In this document: positions 9,610 to 19,753 of the stretch, in pieces
Layout of the letters: the number at the start of each line of letters is the position of its first letter
Numbering within the stretch: the stretch's first letter is position 1
Source of the DNA: Bacilli bacterium
Lineage (GTDB): Bacteria; Bacillota_I; Bacilli_A; RF39; UBA660
Length of the DNA stretch: 64,000 bases
Assembly: GCA_045541255.1 (NCBI GenBank)
Contig: JAZQIU010000006.1
Span: 43,663-107,662 of the forward strand
Direction: 5' to 3'
Position numbers and translations under genes: made by a program
The notes under the pieces: generated by a model
The model's input: only the letters and a program-made list of their open reading frames with translations
Database searches by the model: none
Told to the model about the DNA's origin: nothing

Positions 9610-10965
9610 CTACTTTCCTAAACAGAAATTAGCGAATATTTCATCTAATAATTCATCCTTATATGTTGTACCTATTATTTCACCTAATAAATCAAAACAT
9701 TCTTTTATATCAATAGCTAATAAGTCTATTTCTATATTATTTTCTATTTGTTCTAAGCAATTATCGAGTGATTGTAAAGCTTGTTTAACTAATGAAATTT
9801 GTCTAGAATTTGACAAGTAATTCATATTACCACTATCTAATTGTTCTAAATTAAACATTTCTATTATTTTATTTTTTAATTGGTATAAATTTTTATAATC
9901 TTTTGTATTTCCATATACAATGTTTTTACATTCTATTTCTGTTTCATCTATTTTCTTTTCTAAATCATTTTTATTTATGTAAACTATTAAATTTTTATCT
10001 TTAATTGTTTTTATTAATTCTTTTTCTTCTTTTGAAAGTTCTTCATTATTATTTAATACTAATATAACTAAGTTAGCTTTTTCTAATATTTCTTTACTCT
10101 TGTTTACACCTATTTGTTCTACAATATCTTCTGTTTCTCTTATACCTGCTGTATCTATTAAATTTAATACAATACCTTCTAGAACAAATTTACCTTCTAC
10201 TATGTCTCTAGTTGTTCCAGCTACATTTGTAACTATTGCTTTATCTTCTTCTAGTAAAGTGTTAAGTAAACTACTTTTTCCTACATTTGGTTTACCTATT
10301 ATTGCAACATCAATACCATTTTTTATTAATTTACCGTTTTCTGCTTCTTTTAATAATTTTTCTAAATCTTTTTTTATTTCTAAAACTTTTGGTTTTACTA
10401 ATTCGTTAGTTAATACAATTGCATCTTCGTATTCTGGGTAATCTATATTTACTTCTATATTTGCACTTATACTTACTAATTTTTTTCTTATTTCATTTAT
10501 CATATTTGTTATACTTCCAGTAACACCATTTAATGATAAACTTCTACTTTTATCTGTTTCTGAATTAATTAAATCCCCTACTGATTCAGCTTCTATTAAA
10601 TCTATTCTTCCATTTAAAAATGCTCTTTTTGTAAACTCGCCTGGGTCTGCTAATCTACAACCTTTATTTAATAATAATTCTAATATTTTATTAGTAGTAG
10701 AAATTCCTCCATGACAATTTATTTCTACTATATCTTCAGTTGTATATGTCTTAGGGGCTTTCATAATTGAAACTAATACTTCATCTACTACTTCTTCACC
10801 ATCTACGATATAACCGTAATTTATTGTATGTGAAAGAACTTTAGTTAAATCTTTACCTTTAAAAATACTGTTAACTAAATGTATAGCATCATTACCTGAT
10901 ATTCTAACTATTGATATTGCTCCAACTCCCATTGTAGTTGAAATTGCACATATTGTGTCAAACAT
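9610..10965 (-). CDS. mnmE: tRNA modification GTPase MnmE (TrmE). Start moved to the internal Met (MFDTICAISTT...).
   Basis: G-domain GKPNVGKSSLLN and DTAG; C-terminal ...CLGK. An extended -10 (TGcTATAAT) lies upstream of the chosen start. Confidence 0.9.
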   Translation of the reverse strand: MFDTICAISTTMGVGAISIVRISGNDAIHLVNSIFKGKDLTKVLSHTINYGYIVDGEEVVDEVLVSIMKAPKTYTTEDIVEINCHGGISTTNKILELLLNKGCRLADPGEFTKRAFLNGRIDLIEAESVGDLINSETDKSRSLSLNGVTGSITNMINEIRKKLVSISANIEVNIDYPEYEDAIVLTNELVKPKVLEIKKDLEKLLKEAENGKLIKNGIDVAIIGKPNVGKSSLLNTLLEEDKAIVTNVAGTTRDIVEGKFVLEGIVLNLIDTAGIRETEDIVEQIGVNKSKEILEKANLVILVLNNNEELSKEEKELIKTIKDKNLIVYINKNDLEKKIDETEIECKNIVYGNTKDYKNLYQLKNKIIEMFNLEQLDSGNMNYLSNSRQISLVKQALQSLDNCLEQIENNIEIDLLAIDIKECFDLLGEIIGTTYKDELLDEIFANFCLGK

Positions 10966-11067
10966 AGCACACCACTCCATAATGTATTATAGCACATACT
11001 TTACATTATTTAAACATAAATAAATTTACAAATTATTTCCCGGGAAATAATTTTATTTTATTTACAT

Positions 11068-11091
11068 AAATGTGCAAAATATAATTTACCG
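11068..11091. repeat. 24-bp perfect palindrome AAATTATTTCCCGGGAAATAATTT, copy 1 (intergenic, ~100 nt upstream of the mnmE start).
   Basis: Read directly. An identical 25-nt string recurs at 24084-24108 inside dnaX. GC core CCCGGG in an AT-rich background. Confidence 0.9.
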
Positions 11092-11117
11092 TACTTTTAG
11101 TTGAATTTACGTAAACA

Positions 11118-11146
11118 AAAAACGTCAGCTATTTTTGACGTTTTAT
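11118..11146 (-). terminator. jag terminator (palindromic hairpin with a T-run on both strands).
   Basis: aaaacgtcag-ctattttt-gacgtttt, followed by T-runs on either strand. Confidence 0.5.
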
Positions 11147-11755
11147 TTACTTATTTAATTTTATAACAACATGTCTGTTTGGTTCTTCACCTTCACTTAT
11201 AGTTGAAACTTTTTTATTATTAGATAAAGTATTATGAATAATTCTTCTTTCATAAGAATTCATATTATCTAACTTTACATCAACCTTTGTTGTTATAACT
11301 TCTCTAGCTATTCTTTTGGCTAATCTTTCTAATTTCTTTTCTTGATTTTCTTTATAATTCTCTACATCTAATATTATATGTGGATGAATTCCATATTTAT
11401 TACTTAACATTTGTTTTACTATTACCATTAATGCTGATAATGTTTTGCCATCTTTACCTATTAAAATTGAATTATTATCGCTATACATCTTTACACATAT
11501 TTGTGTATCTCTAATTTTAGATTCGAATGTTACTTCTAATCCCATAAGTTTAGTTAATTCTAATAGATATTCCTTTACATAATTTTGTATATCAGTTAAT
11601 GTGTAAACTTTTATTTTATAACTACTTTTCTTTAGTAAACTACCCTTTATTTCTTCTTTTGTAATTATTACATCATCTTGAGTTAAATTAAGACTTTGTA
11701 AACTTGTGTCAATTAACTCACTCAAATTTTTTCCTTCGAATTCTTTTACTACCAT
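11147..11755 (-). CDS. jag: Jag/KhpB RNA-binding protein (Jag_N, KH and R3H domains).
   Basis: C-terminal R3H (YERRIIHNTL); KH-like core; conserved position after yidC. Confidence 0.7.
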   Translation of the reverse strand: MVVKEFEGKNLSELIDTSLQSLNLTQDDVIITKEEIKGSLLKKSSYKIKVYTLTDIQNYVKEYLLELTKLMGLEVTFESKIRDTQICVKMYSDNNSILIGKDGKTLSALMVIVKQMLSNKYGIHPHIILDVENYKENQEKKLERLAKRIAREVITTKVDVKLDNMNSYERRIIHNTLSNNKKVSTISEGEEPNRHVVIKLNK

Positions 11756-11760
11756 AATAC

Positions 11761-12690
11761 TTATCTCCTTTTTTTCAATAATAATGTTTGAATAACATTA
11801 AATCCATTTGTTACTATCCAATATAATGCAATTGCTGTTGGTAAACTAAATGATGCTATTGAAATGAATATCAACATGAATGTTGTCATGAATTGCATTT
11901 GTTTTTGTTGTTCTCCACTACCTGCATTTGACATACTAAATTTAAATGATAAGTATGTTGTTAATATTATTAGTGCAATTACTATTAAATAAATATAATT
12001 TCCAGACTTTATTCCTACTAATGGTGTTGTACCTAATTGTAAAGTGAATAATGTTTCTTCAAATATTGCTGGCACTCTGTTTATTGCTTCTAGGAAAGCA
12101 AAGAATAATGGTAATTGAATAAATGAAACTAAGCATCCACCCATTGGATTAATATTATATTTTTTATAAATTAACATTGTTTCTTGGCTTTTAGCCATCA
12201 TTGATTCACTATCAGTTTTATCTTTATATTTTTTTTCTAATCTTTCTAATTCTGGTTGAGCTTTTTTCATATTTTCACTTTGTTTAATAGTTTTTGCTGA
12301 AAATGGCATCAATATTAGTCTTAAAGCTAAACCTATTAACATTACTGAAATACCATAATTTTTTACTAATAGTCCTAATTTAATTATTAACCATGCTATT
12401 GGCATTACAAATAATTGAACCCATAAACCACTATAAGTATCTTTATCATAAATTTTCATATCTTTACATTTAGGTAAATCTGTTATTTTTACTTCCATGC
12501 TTTTTTCATATTTTTCATAAATAGATAATAATTCTTTATCTTGTGGTTTACAAAGGATATTTGATGTTAAACTTTGCCCTGTTTTTTCATTTGTTATTCT
12601 TTTATTATCATTATCACTTAAGTATTTAGTACATCCTGTTGTTAAAGATAAAAACAACAATAATATAATTAATAATTTTTTCTTTTTCAT
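11761..12690 (-). CDS. yidC: Membrane protein insertase YidC/SpoIIIJ (lipoprotein form).
   Basis: Lipobox LSLTTGC; multiple TM helices; a K/R-rich C-terminal tail typical of Gram-positive YidC. Confidence 0.85.
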   Translation of the reverse strand: MKKKKLLIILLLFLSLTTGCTKYLSDNDNKRITNEKTGQSLTSNILCKPQDKELLSIYEKYEKSMEVKITDLPKCKDMKIYDKDTYSGLWVQLFVMPIAWLIIKLGLLVKNYGISVMLIGLALRLILMPFSAKTIKQSENMKKAQPELERLEKKYKDKTDSESMMAKSQETMLIYKKYNINPMGGCLVSFIQLPLFFAFLEAINRVPAIFEETLFTLQLGTTPLVGIKSGNYIYLIVIALIILTTYLSFKFSMSNAGSGEQQKQMQFMTTFMLIFISIASFSLPTAIALYWIVTNGFNVIQTLLLKKRR

Positions 12691-13013
12691 ATGTTCTCCT
12701 TTAATTTTGTTTCTAAATTTTCTAATCTACTATTAAAAGATGTTTCTAAACATCCTTTCCTTATCATTATAATATAATCTGTGTTATTTTTAAATAATGT
12801 TTTTGTTTTATCTATAATTTCTCTTGTTTGTCTTTTTAACTTATTTCTTATTACAGCATTTCCTATTTTGTTACTTATAGCTATACCAAAACGTTTTTTT
12901 TCTAAATTGTTTTCCTTATAATATATAACAAAATCTTTCGTCTTAAAAAATTTAGCATTTTTAATTAAATTTGAAAATTCTTGCTTTGATTTTATTGTTT
13001 CATTTTTTTTCAT
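12687..13013 (-). CDS. rnpA: RNase P protein component RnpA. The track ORF overextends; the true start is likely MKKNETIKSK.
   Basis: RNR motif region (IAISNKIGNAVIRNKLKRQTRE); conserved rpmH-rnpA-yidC order. Confidence 0.8.
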   Translation of the reverse strand: MKKNETIKSKQEFSNLIKNAKFFKTKDFVIYYKENNLEKKRFGIAISNKIGNAVIRNKLKRQTREIIDKTKTLFKNNTDYIIMIRKGCLETSFNSRLENLETKLKENI

Positions 13014-13019
13014 AAAATC

Positions 13020-13052
13020 TCTCCCATAGATAAAAAACCACAAAACTGTGGT
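13020..13052 (-). terminator. Hairpin plus T-tract between rpmH and rnpA (partial terminator or attenuator).
   Basis: Minus strand reads CCACAGTTTTGTGG followed by TTTTTTATC, overlapping the 5' end of rnpA. Confidence 0.35.
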
Positions 13053-13175
13053 TTACTTACATAATACTTTACGACCTTTTTTTCTTCTTGATTTTAAAAT
13101 ATTCGTTTCTTTACGTGCAAAAAATCCATGTTTTTTACTTTTTTTACGATTATTTGGTTGATATGTTCTCTTCAT
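13053..13175 (-). CDS. rpmH: Ribosomal protein L34 (40 aa).
   Basis: Manual translation gives [40 protein letters not shown]. Strong RBS GGAGGTG. Not in the ORF track because it is under 60 aa. Confidence 0.85.
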   Translation of the reverse strand: MKRTYQPNNRKKSKKHGFFARKETNILKSRRKKGRKVLCK

Positions 13176-13269
13176 AATTGCACCTCCACCTCTTTAAGCC
13201 TTTTTATTGTATTATATTTTGTTTTATAAGTCAATTAAAAATTAATTAAATTATTTATTAAGTTTTTCA

Positions 13270-13400
13270 ACGTTGATATGTGGAAAAAATATTAACCTGT
13301 TAATAACAATTTGTGGAAAATGTGGAAAAGTGATGTTTTCTCTTTATTTAAGGGTATTTAAATGTTTATAACTATGTGGAAATGTTGTGGAAATTAAAAA
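13270..13400. promoter_or_regulatory. oriC upstream DnaA-box cluster (rpmH–dnaA intergenic region).
   Basis: Five TGTGGAAAW motifs (the complement of the low-GC DnaA box TTTTCCACA) at 13278, 13312, 13321, 13375 and 13386, in an AT-rich 300-bp spacer. Confidence 0.6.
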
Positions 13401-13483
13401 TATTTATATTTCATGCTTTCTTTTTCAACAAAAGTGTTTTAAAATATTCTTAGTTACAAAAATAATCTTGAAAGCGGGGTGTT

Positions 13484-14830
13484 TTGATGGATGGTAATTT
13501 TTCTTGGAATGATTTTTTAAATATTATAAAATCTAAATTATCTAGCGTTTCATATGATACTTGGTTTAAAGATACTAAGCTTTCAAAGATTACTGAGGAT
13601 TCTATAAGTATTGAAGTACCTATGAGTTTTCATAAAGACTTTTTAAATAAAAATTATTATGAACTTATTGATAATATAATTACTAGTATTACAGGTAAAA
13701 GTTATGATATTAACTTTGTAGTAGAGGAGGATATTGTTAATAATGATATAGAAATTAACAATATTGTTCAAACGAAGTCTAATAACTTTCAATCAAATCT
13801 TAACCCACAATATACATTTGAATCATTTGTAATAGGGGATAGTAATCGATTTGCTCAAACTGCTGCTGTTGCAGTTGCTGAACAACCAGGAAAAGTGTAT
13901 AACCCTTTATTTATTCACGGAAAAAGTGGACTAGGGAAAACTCATTTAATGCATGCAATAGGAAACTATATTGTAGAAACTACAAATAAAAAAGTTTTGT
14001 ACGTTACAAGTGATAAATTTATATCTGATTTTATAGGAATAAATAGAAAAGATACTGAAAATTATGATGTAATAGAACATTTTAAAGAAAAATATAGAAA
14101 TATTGATGTTCTAATTATTGATGATATTCAATTTTTAGGTGGAGCTGAAAAAACTCAAGGAGAATTTTTCCATACATTTAACACTTTATATGATGCTAAT
14201 AAACAAATAATTATTAGTTCAGATAGATCTCCAGATGATTTGAAACTCTTAGAAGATCGTTTAAGAACTAGATTTAGATGGGGATTAACAGCAAATATAT
14301 TCCCACCTGACTTTGATTTAAGGTGTAAGATACTTAAAGATAAGATGTCTGGTTTGGAAGGAGCTAAATTAATAAAAGATGATGTGATAGAGTATATAGC
14401 TAATAATTGTGAAAGTGATGTTAGATATTTAGAAGGTTCTATTAGAAGATTATTTGCTTATGCTGCTATGTATAGTCCTCCAGAAATTAATTTAGACTTT
14501 GCAATAGAGGCTTTAAAAGACTATTTTGGTTCTTCAGTATATTCTAATAGTAATATTTCTAAGATTCAAAAAGCAGTTGCTGATTACTTTAATATTACTG
14601 TTGAAAACTTAAAAAGCAAGAAAAGAACTGCGGATATAAACAATGCAAGGCAAATAGCAATGTATCTATGTAGGATGATTACAGAGGAAACAACAACTAG
14701 AATAGGGTTAGAATTTGGTAATAGAGATCATTCAACTGTACTACATGCTATAGAAAAAGTTAGTAAAGATGTCAAAAATAATGAAGATTTAAAACATAAA
14801 TTAAATGAAATTAAGAGTAAAATAAATTAA
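13484..14830 (+). CDS. dnaA: Chromosomal replication initiator DnaA (start may be the ATG at 13487).
   Basis: AAA+ Walker A GKSGLGKTHL; box VII; C-terminal DNA-binding domain (RQIAMYLCR...EFGNRDHSTVLHA). Confidence 0.95.
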   Translation: MMDGNFSWNDFLNIIKSKLSSVSYDTWFKDTKLSKITEDSISIEVPMSFHKDFLNKNYYELIDNIITSITGKSYDINFVVEEDIVNNDIEINNIVQTKSNNFQSNLNPQYTFESFVIGDSNRFAQTAAVAVAEQPGKVYNPLFIHGKSGLGKTHLMHAIGNYIVETTNKKVLYVTSDKFISDFIGINRKDTENYDVIEHFKEKYRNIDVLIIDDIQFLGGAEKTQGEFFHTFNTLYDANKQIIISSDRSPDDLKLLEDRLRTRFRWGLTANIFPPDFDLRCKILKDKMSGLEGAKLIKDDVIEYIANNCESDVRYLEGSIRRLFAYAAMYSPPEINLDFAIEALKDYFGSSVYSNSNISKIQKAVADYFNITVENLKSKKRTADINNARQIAMYLCRMITEETTTRIGLEFGNRDHSTVLHAIEKVSKDVKNNEDLKHKLNEIKSKIN

Positions 14831-14957
14831 TAATGTGGAAAACTTTAAAGATATAAACAATGTTTTTTCTAGATGAAATCGAAGTTTTATTAAGTTATAA
14901 ACAATTTGAACATATATAATAATAATATGTTAATAAATAAAAGAAAGAAGGTATATT
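14831..14957. promoter_or_regulatory. dnaA–dnaN intergenic region: downstream half of a bipartite oriC (DnaA box at 14835-14843, AT-rich DUE-like stretch).
   Basis: The TGTGGAAAA box immediately follows the dnaA stop. Extremely AT-rich sequence follows. Confidence 0.4.
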
Positions 14958-16076
14958 ATGAAATTTACAATTGATAAAAATATTTTATTAGAAAGTTTAG
15001 TTAATGTAGTTAGAGCGATTAATCCAAAAAATATTATTCCTATATTAAATGGTATTAAGTTTGAATTAAGTAGTGATGGTTTAAATTTAGTAGCAAGTGA
15101 TAGTGATTTAACTATTAAAAGTTTTATTCCAAGTAGTGATATTAAATCTATAGATGAAGAAGGAACTATAATAATACAAAGTAAATATATTATAGATATT
15201 ATTAGAAAGTTACCTGGAGATGAAGTTAATATTGAAGTTATAGATGGTTTAAAGATAAGAATTTATACTGATAATAGTCAATATAATTTAAATTGTTTAA
15301 ATACTGAGGATTATCCACAAATTATTTTAGAAGATTCTAATAATCCTATAGTTATTAAAAGTGATATTTTAAAAAGTATGATAAGACAAACTATTTTTGC
15401 TGTTTCATTACAAGAATCTAGACCTTTATTAACTGGTTTAAATTTAAAAATTAATGAAAATAAAATGGAAGTAGTAGCAACAGATTCTTATAGACTTGCA
15501 AAAAAAACTATTACTTTAGATGAAACTTATCCTGAAAATATAGATATTACTATTCCAGGTAAAAATATAAATGAATTTGATAAAGTTATGAATGATGAGG
15601 AAGATGTTGAAATACATTTATTTAGTAATAAGATATTATTTAAATATAAAAATATTATTTTTCAATCTAGTTTATTAAATGGTAATTATCCAAATACTTC
15701 TAATTTGATTCCTAACGAGTTTGAAATTATAATTAATTCTTCTTTAAATTCTTTTTACGCTAGTATTGATAGAGCTGCATTACTTACTCAAAGTAAAGAT
15801 AAAAATATTGTAAGAATGGAAACTAATAACGATGATTTAAATATTACTAGTTATGCTAGCGAAATAGGTAAAGTAGAGGATAGAATTAAAGTTAGTAAAA
15901 ATACTGAAAAAGATATAGCTATATCATTTAGTGCTAAATATATGATGGATGCTTTAAAAACATTTAATGAAGACGAATTGTTAATATTATTAAATAATGA
16001 TTCTTCTCCTATAATTTTAAAATCAATTAAAGATGAAAGTTTAATTCAATTAATTTTACCAATAAAAACATATTAG
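14958..16076 (+). CDS. dnaN: DNA polymerase III beta sliding clamp.
   Basis: 372 aa; conserved position and three-domain length; C-terminal ...LILPIKTY. Confidence 0.9.
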   Translation: MKFTIDKNILLESLVNVVRAINPKNIIPILNGIKFELSSDGLNLVASDSDLTIKSFIPSSDIKSIDEEGTIIIQSKYIIDIIRKLPGDEVNIEVIDGLKIRIYTDNSQYNLNCLNTEDYPQIILEDSNNPIVIKSDILKSMIRQTIFAVSLQESRPLLTGLNLKINENKMEVVATDSYRLAKKTITLDETYPENIDITIPGKNINEFDKVMNDEEDVEIHLFSNKILFKYKNIIFQSSLLNGNYPNTSNLIPNEFEIIINSSLNSFYASIDRAALLTQSKDKNIVRMETNNDDLNITSYASEIGKVEDRIKVSKNTEKDIAISFSAKYMMDALKTFNEDELLILLNNDSSPIILKSIKDESLIQLILPIKTY

Positions 16077-16094
16077 AACTTGTAAAAGTTCTTT

Positions 16095-16135
16095 TTTTGT
16101 TGATAAATCGACTTTTATCAACAATTTTTTATATT
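16095..16135 (+). terminator. dnaN terminator.
   Basis: ttgttgataaa-tcgac-ttttatcaacaa followed by TTTTTT. Confidence 0.5.
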
Positions 16136-16173
16136 TATTAATGGTATAAGGAAGGCGTCAGGGAGGTGAGGTA

Positions 16174-16626
16174 ATGAAAGATTATGAAATATCTAAAGAT
16201 ACTTTAGCGGTTATACCAGTTGGTGAAAAGAAAAGTAAAGTTATAGAAAAAGATTGTAGTTTCATAATAAATCATAGTCCTAATAGAGTTATGGATGATA
16301 GTTGTAAATATTATGGAAGTTCTATGGATGGTAGACAAAAAGGTACTACTAATTTAACTGGTATAAGTTATAAAGCACCAATAATAGTTCAAGAAGAAGG
16401 AAATATTATATTTTTTCCTACTAGTTCACCACGATTAAAAAAATGTTGTTGGGTATCTTTAAATAATATAGATTCTTATTATTATGATTATGCTCGAAAA
16501 ACTTGTGTTATTGTTTTTGATAATAATGAAAAAATAGAATTTGATATGTCATATTGTGTTTTAAATAATCAAATTTTAAAATCTCATAGATTAGAGTCTG
16601 TAATTAATAAAAGAAAGGCAAAATAA
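16174..16626 (+). CDS. comK: ComK-family competence transcription factor homolog (150 aa).
   Basis: Aligns by eye to B. subtilis ComK: VIEKDCSF (IIEKDCVF), SCKYYGSS..GRQKGT (SCRFFGSS..GRKAGT), IIFFPTSS (IFLFPTLSS), CCWVS (CGWIS). Strong RBS GGAGGTGAGG. Confidence 0.65.
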   Translation: MKDYEISKDTLAVIPVGEKKSKVIEKDCSFIINHSPNRVMDDSCKYYGSSMDGRQKGTTNLTGISYKAPIIVQEEGNIIFFPTSSPRLKKCCWVSLNNIDSYYYDYARKTCVIVFDNNEKIEFDMSYCVLNNQILKSHRLESVINKRKAK

Positions 16627-16733
16627 TGCTAAAAATCTTTTTAAAAACTATTTTTTTATGATATAATGTAAATAGGTATAGGAGTATTAGAATACCTATT
16701 TATTTATTATTTTGATTTAAAAGAGGGTTTTAA

Positions 16734-17828
16734 ATGGAAATTACATCTTTGAAGTTATTTAATTTTAGAAATTTTGATACTTTAGAGTTAAATTTTTCTC
16801 CAAATAAAAATATTATCATAGGTAATAATGGAATGGGAAAGACAAATATTGTTGAAGCAATATTTGTTTTAGGCTTAACTAAGTCTTTTAGAACTAATGA
16901 TGATAATATTTTAGTTAAAGAAAATAATACTTTATATAAAATTGAAGGTAATGTTAAATCTTCTTTTGTTAACAATTATAAAATTGTATATCAAGATGGT
17001 GTTAAAGTAGTAAAAATAAATAATAATAAAATAAATAAATTTAGTGATTATATTTCAAATATTAATGTTATTTTATTTAGTTTAAATGATTTGAAATTAA
17101 TTAAGGATACTCCTAGTACTAGAAGAAAGTTGATTAACTTAGAAATATCTCAATTAAATAATGATTATATTAAATATTTAAATTATTATAATAAAATTTT
17201 GAAACAGAGAAATTCTTATTTAAAAACTTTATATAATGGAAGAATTAACTATGATTATATATCTATAATAGATAACCAATTAATAGATTATGGTTTAAAG
17301 ATTTATGAAATAAGAAAGAAATTTATTAATGAAGTTAATAAACTATTACCTAATATTTATAATAAGTTAGGTGGAAATAATGATTTAAATATTTATTATA
17401 AAAGTGATTATGAATCTAAAACATTGGATGATTTATTAAATATTTATAGAGAAACAGTTAATAAAGATATTAATTTTGGTTCTACTCAAATTGGAATACA
17501 TCGTGATGATTTTATATTTAGTATGAATAATCAAGAAATAAAGAATTTTGCGAGTGAAGGACAACAAAAAAATGCTGTAATATCTTTTAAATTAGCTGAA
17601 TTAGAGTTATTTAATGAAATTAATAAAGAATATCCAATATTAATATTAGATGATTTATTTAGTGAATTAGATATGAAAAAAGTTGAGAAAATTTTGAGTT
17701 ATATAAGTGATGATGTTCAAACATTTATTACTACAACTGATTTAAAAAAAGTTAAAAAGAGTTATCTAAAAAATAGTAAAGTGTTTAAAATAGATAATTC
17801 TGGTATAAAGGAGAGTTTGTATGAATGA
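16734..17828 (+). CDS. recF: DNA replication and repair protein RecF.
   Basis: Walker [10 protein letters not shown]; SMC-like signature; conserved position before gyrB. Confidence 0.9.
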   Translation: MEITSLKLFNFRNFDTLELNFSPNKNIIIGNNGMGKTNIVEAIFVLGLTKSFRTNDDNILVKENNTLYKIEGNVKSSFVNNYKIVYQDGVKVVKINNNKINKFSDYISNINVILFSLNDLKLIKDTPSTRRKLINLEISQLNNDYIKYLNYYNKILKQRNSYLKTLYNGRINYDYISIIDNQLIDYGLKIYEIRKKFINEVNKLLPNIYNKLGGNNDLNIYYKSDYESKTLDDLLNIYRETVNKDINFGSTQIGIHRDDFIFSMNNQEIKNFASEGQQKNAVISFKLAELELFNEINKEYPILILDDLFSELDMKKVEKILSYISDDVQTFITTTDLKKVKKSYLKNSKVFKIDNSGIKESLYE

Positions 17829-19740
17829 ATATAATGATAGCGATATTCAAGTATTAGAAGGGTTAGAAGCGGTTAGAAAAAGACCTGGTATGTATATTGG
17901 TACAACTGATGTTAAAGGTTTACATCATCTAGTATGGGAAATTGTAGATAACTCTATAGATGAAGCTTTAGCTGGTTTTTGTAAAAATATAGAGATTATT
18001 ATTAATAAAGATAATTCTATTACTGTAAAAGATGATGGTCGTGGTATTCCAGTTGGTATTCATGCTAAAACTGGTATATCTACAGTAGAAACTGTTTATA
18101 CAGTTTTACATGCTGGTGGTAAATTTGGTGGTGGTGGATACAAAGTATCTGGAGGACTACATGGTGTTGGTGCCAGTGTTGTTAATGCTTTATCAAGATG
18201 GGTTACAGTAAGAGTTTATAAAGATGGTAAAATACATGAAACTCGTTTTGAAAATGGTGGGCATACTGTTCAAAAATTAGAAGTTATTGGTGAATGTGAT
18301 ATTAATAGAACAGGAACTACTGTAACATTTAAGCCAGATCCAGATATATTTGATACTGAAATATATGATTATGAAACTTTAAAAGTTAGAGTTAGAGAAT
18401 TAGCATTCTTAAATAAAGGTTTAAGACTAACATTAAGAGATGATAGAGATGAAGAGGATACTACTGGAGATAATTTCTTATATGAAGGTGGTATTGCTGA
18501 ATATGTAAGATTTTTAAATCAACATAAAACTCCTATTCACAATGAAATTATTCATTTAGAGGGAGAAGAAGCTGGTATTATCTTTGAAGTTGCAATGCAA
18601 TATAATTCTGGATATACAGACAATATTTATTCTTTTGTTAATAATATAAATACACATGATGGTGGAACACATGAAGAGGGTGTTAGAAGAGCATTAACTA
18701 GATTAGTTAATAATTATGCAAGAAAATCAAATATGTTAAAAGAAAAAGATGAATCTTTAACTGGTGAGGATGTTAAAGAAGGTTTAACTATGATAGTTTC
18801 TTGTAAACATCCAAATCCACAATTTGAAGGACAAACAAAAGGTAGATTAGGTAATAGTGAAGTAAGAAAACTAGCTGATAGTGTTTTTTCTAAAGGTTTT
18901 GATAGATTCTTGATGGAAAATCCAAACGAAGCTAAAATCATAGTAGAAAAGGCTATGTTAGCAAGTCGTGCAAGAAGTGCCGCTAAAAAAGCTCGTGAAA
19001 TTACAAGAAAAAGTGATTTATCAGTAAATAGTAATTTCTTTGGTAAATTAAGTGATTGTAAGAGTAAAGATGCAAAAGTTAGTGAAATATTTATAGTCGA
19101 AGGAGATAGTGCCGGTGGAAGTGCTAAAAAGGGTCGTGATTCAATGACTCAAGCTATCCTTCCATTAAGAGGTAAAATTTTAAATGTAGAAAAAACTAGA
19201 TTAGATAGAGCTTTAGGTAATGAAGAAATTAGAACTATTATTACAGCTTTTGGTACTGGAATTGGGCAAGAATTTGATTTATCTAAGTTAAGATATAATA
19301 AGATAATAATAATGACCGATGCCGATGTTGATGGCTCTCATATTAGAGTATTACTTTTAACGCTATTTTATAGGTTTTTTAGACCGATTGTTGAGAATGG
19401 GCATGTTTATGCAGCTCAACCTCCTTTATTCAGAATAATGCATGGAAAAACACGTAAATACGTATTAAATGAAGAAGAGAAAGAAAGATATTTAGCATCA
19501 TTACCAGAAAATGTTCGTGCTAGGGCGGAAATTGCTCGTATGAAAGGTCTAGGAGAAATGGATGCTGAAGAATTAAATGAAACAACAATGGATATTGAAA
19601 AGAGAATTTTAAGAAAAATTACTGTTGATGATTGTATGGCAGCAGATGCTGTATTTGCTAAACTTATGGGTGATGAAGTAGAACCTAGAAGAAGATTTAT
19701 AGAAGAAAATGCAGGCTACGTACAAAATTTAGATATTTAG
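17821..19740 (+). CDS. gyrB: DNA gyrase subunit B.
   Basis: GHKL ATPase and Toprim domains ([14 protein letters not shown]); 639 aa. Confidence 0.95.
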   Translation: MNEYNDSDIQVLEGLEAVRKRPGMYIGTTDVKGLHHLVWEIVDNSIDEALAGFCKNIEIIINKDNSITVKDDGRGIPVGIHAKTGISTVETVYTVLHAGGKFGGGGYKVSGGLHGVGASVVNALSRWVTVRVYKDGKIHETRFENGGHTVQKLEVIGECDINRTGTTVTFKPDPDIFDTEIYDYETLKVRVRELAFLNKGLRLTLRDDRDEEDTTGDNFLYEGGIAEYVRFLNQHKTPIHNEIIHLEGEEAGIIFEVAMQYNSGYTDNIYSFVNNINTHDGGTHEEGVRRALTRLVNNYARKSNMLKEKDESLTGEDVKEGLTMIVSCKHPNPQFEGQTKGRLGNSEVRKLADSVFSKGFDRFLMENPNEAKIIVEKAMLASRARSAAKKAREITRKSDLSVNSNFFGKLSDCKSKDAKVSEIFIVEGDSAGGSAKKGRDSMTQAILPLRGKILNVEKTRLDRALGNEEIRTIITAFGTGIGQEFDLSKLRYNKIIIMTDADVDGSHIRVLLLTLFYRFFRPIVENGHVYAAQPPLFRIMHGKTRKYVLNEEEKERYLASLPENVRARAEIARMKGLGEMDAEELNETTMDIEKRILRKITVDDCMAADAVFAKLMGDEVEPRRRFIEENAGYVQNLDI

Positions 19741-19753
19741 GAGGTGAATTGGT

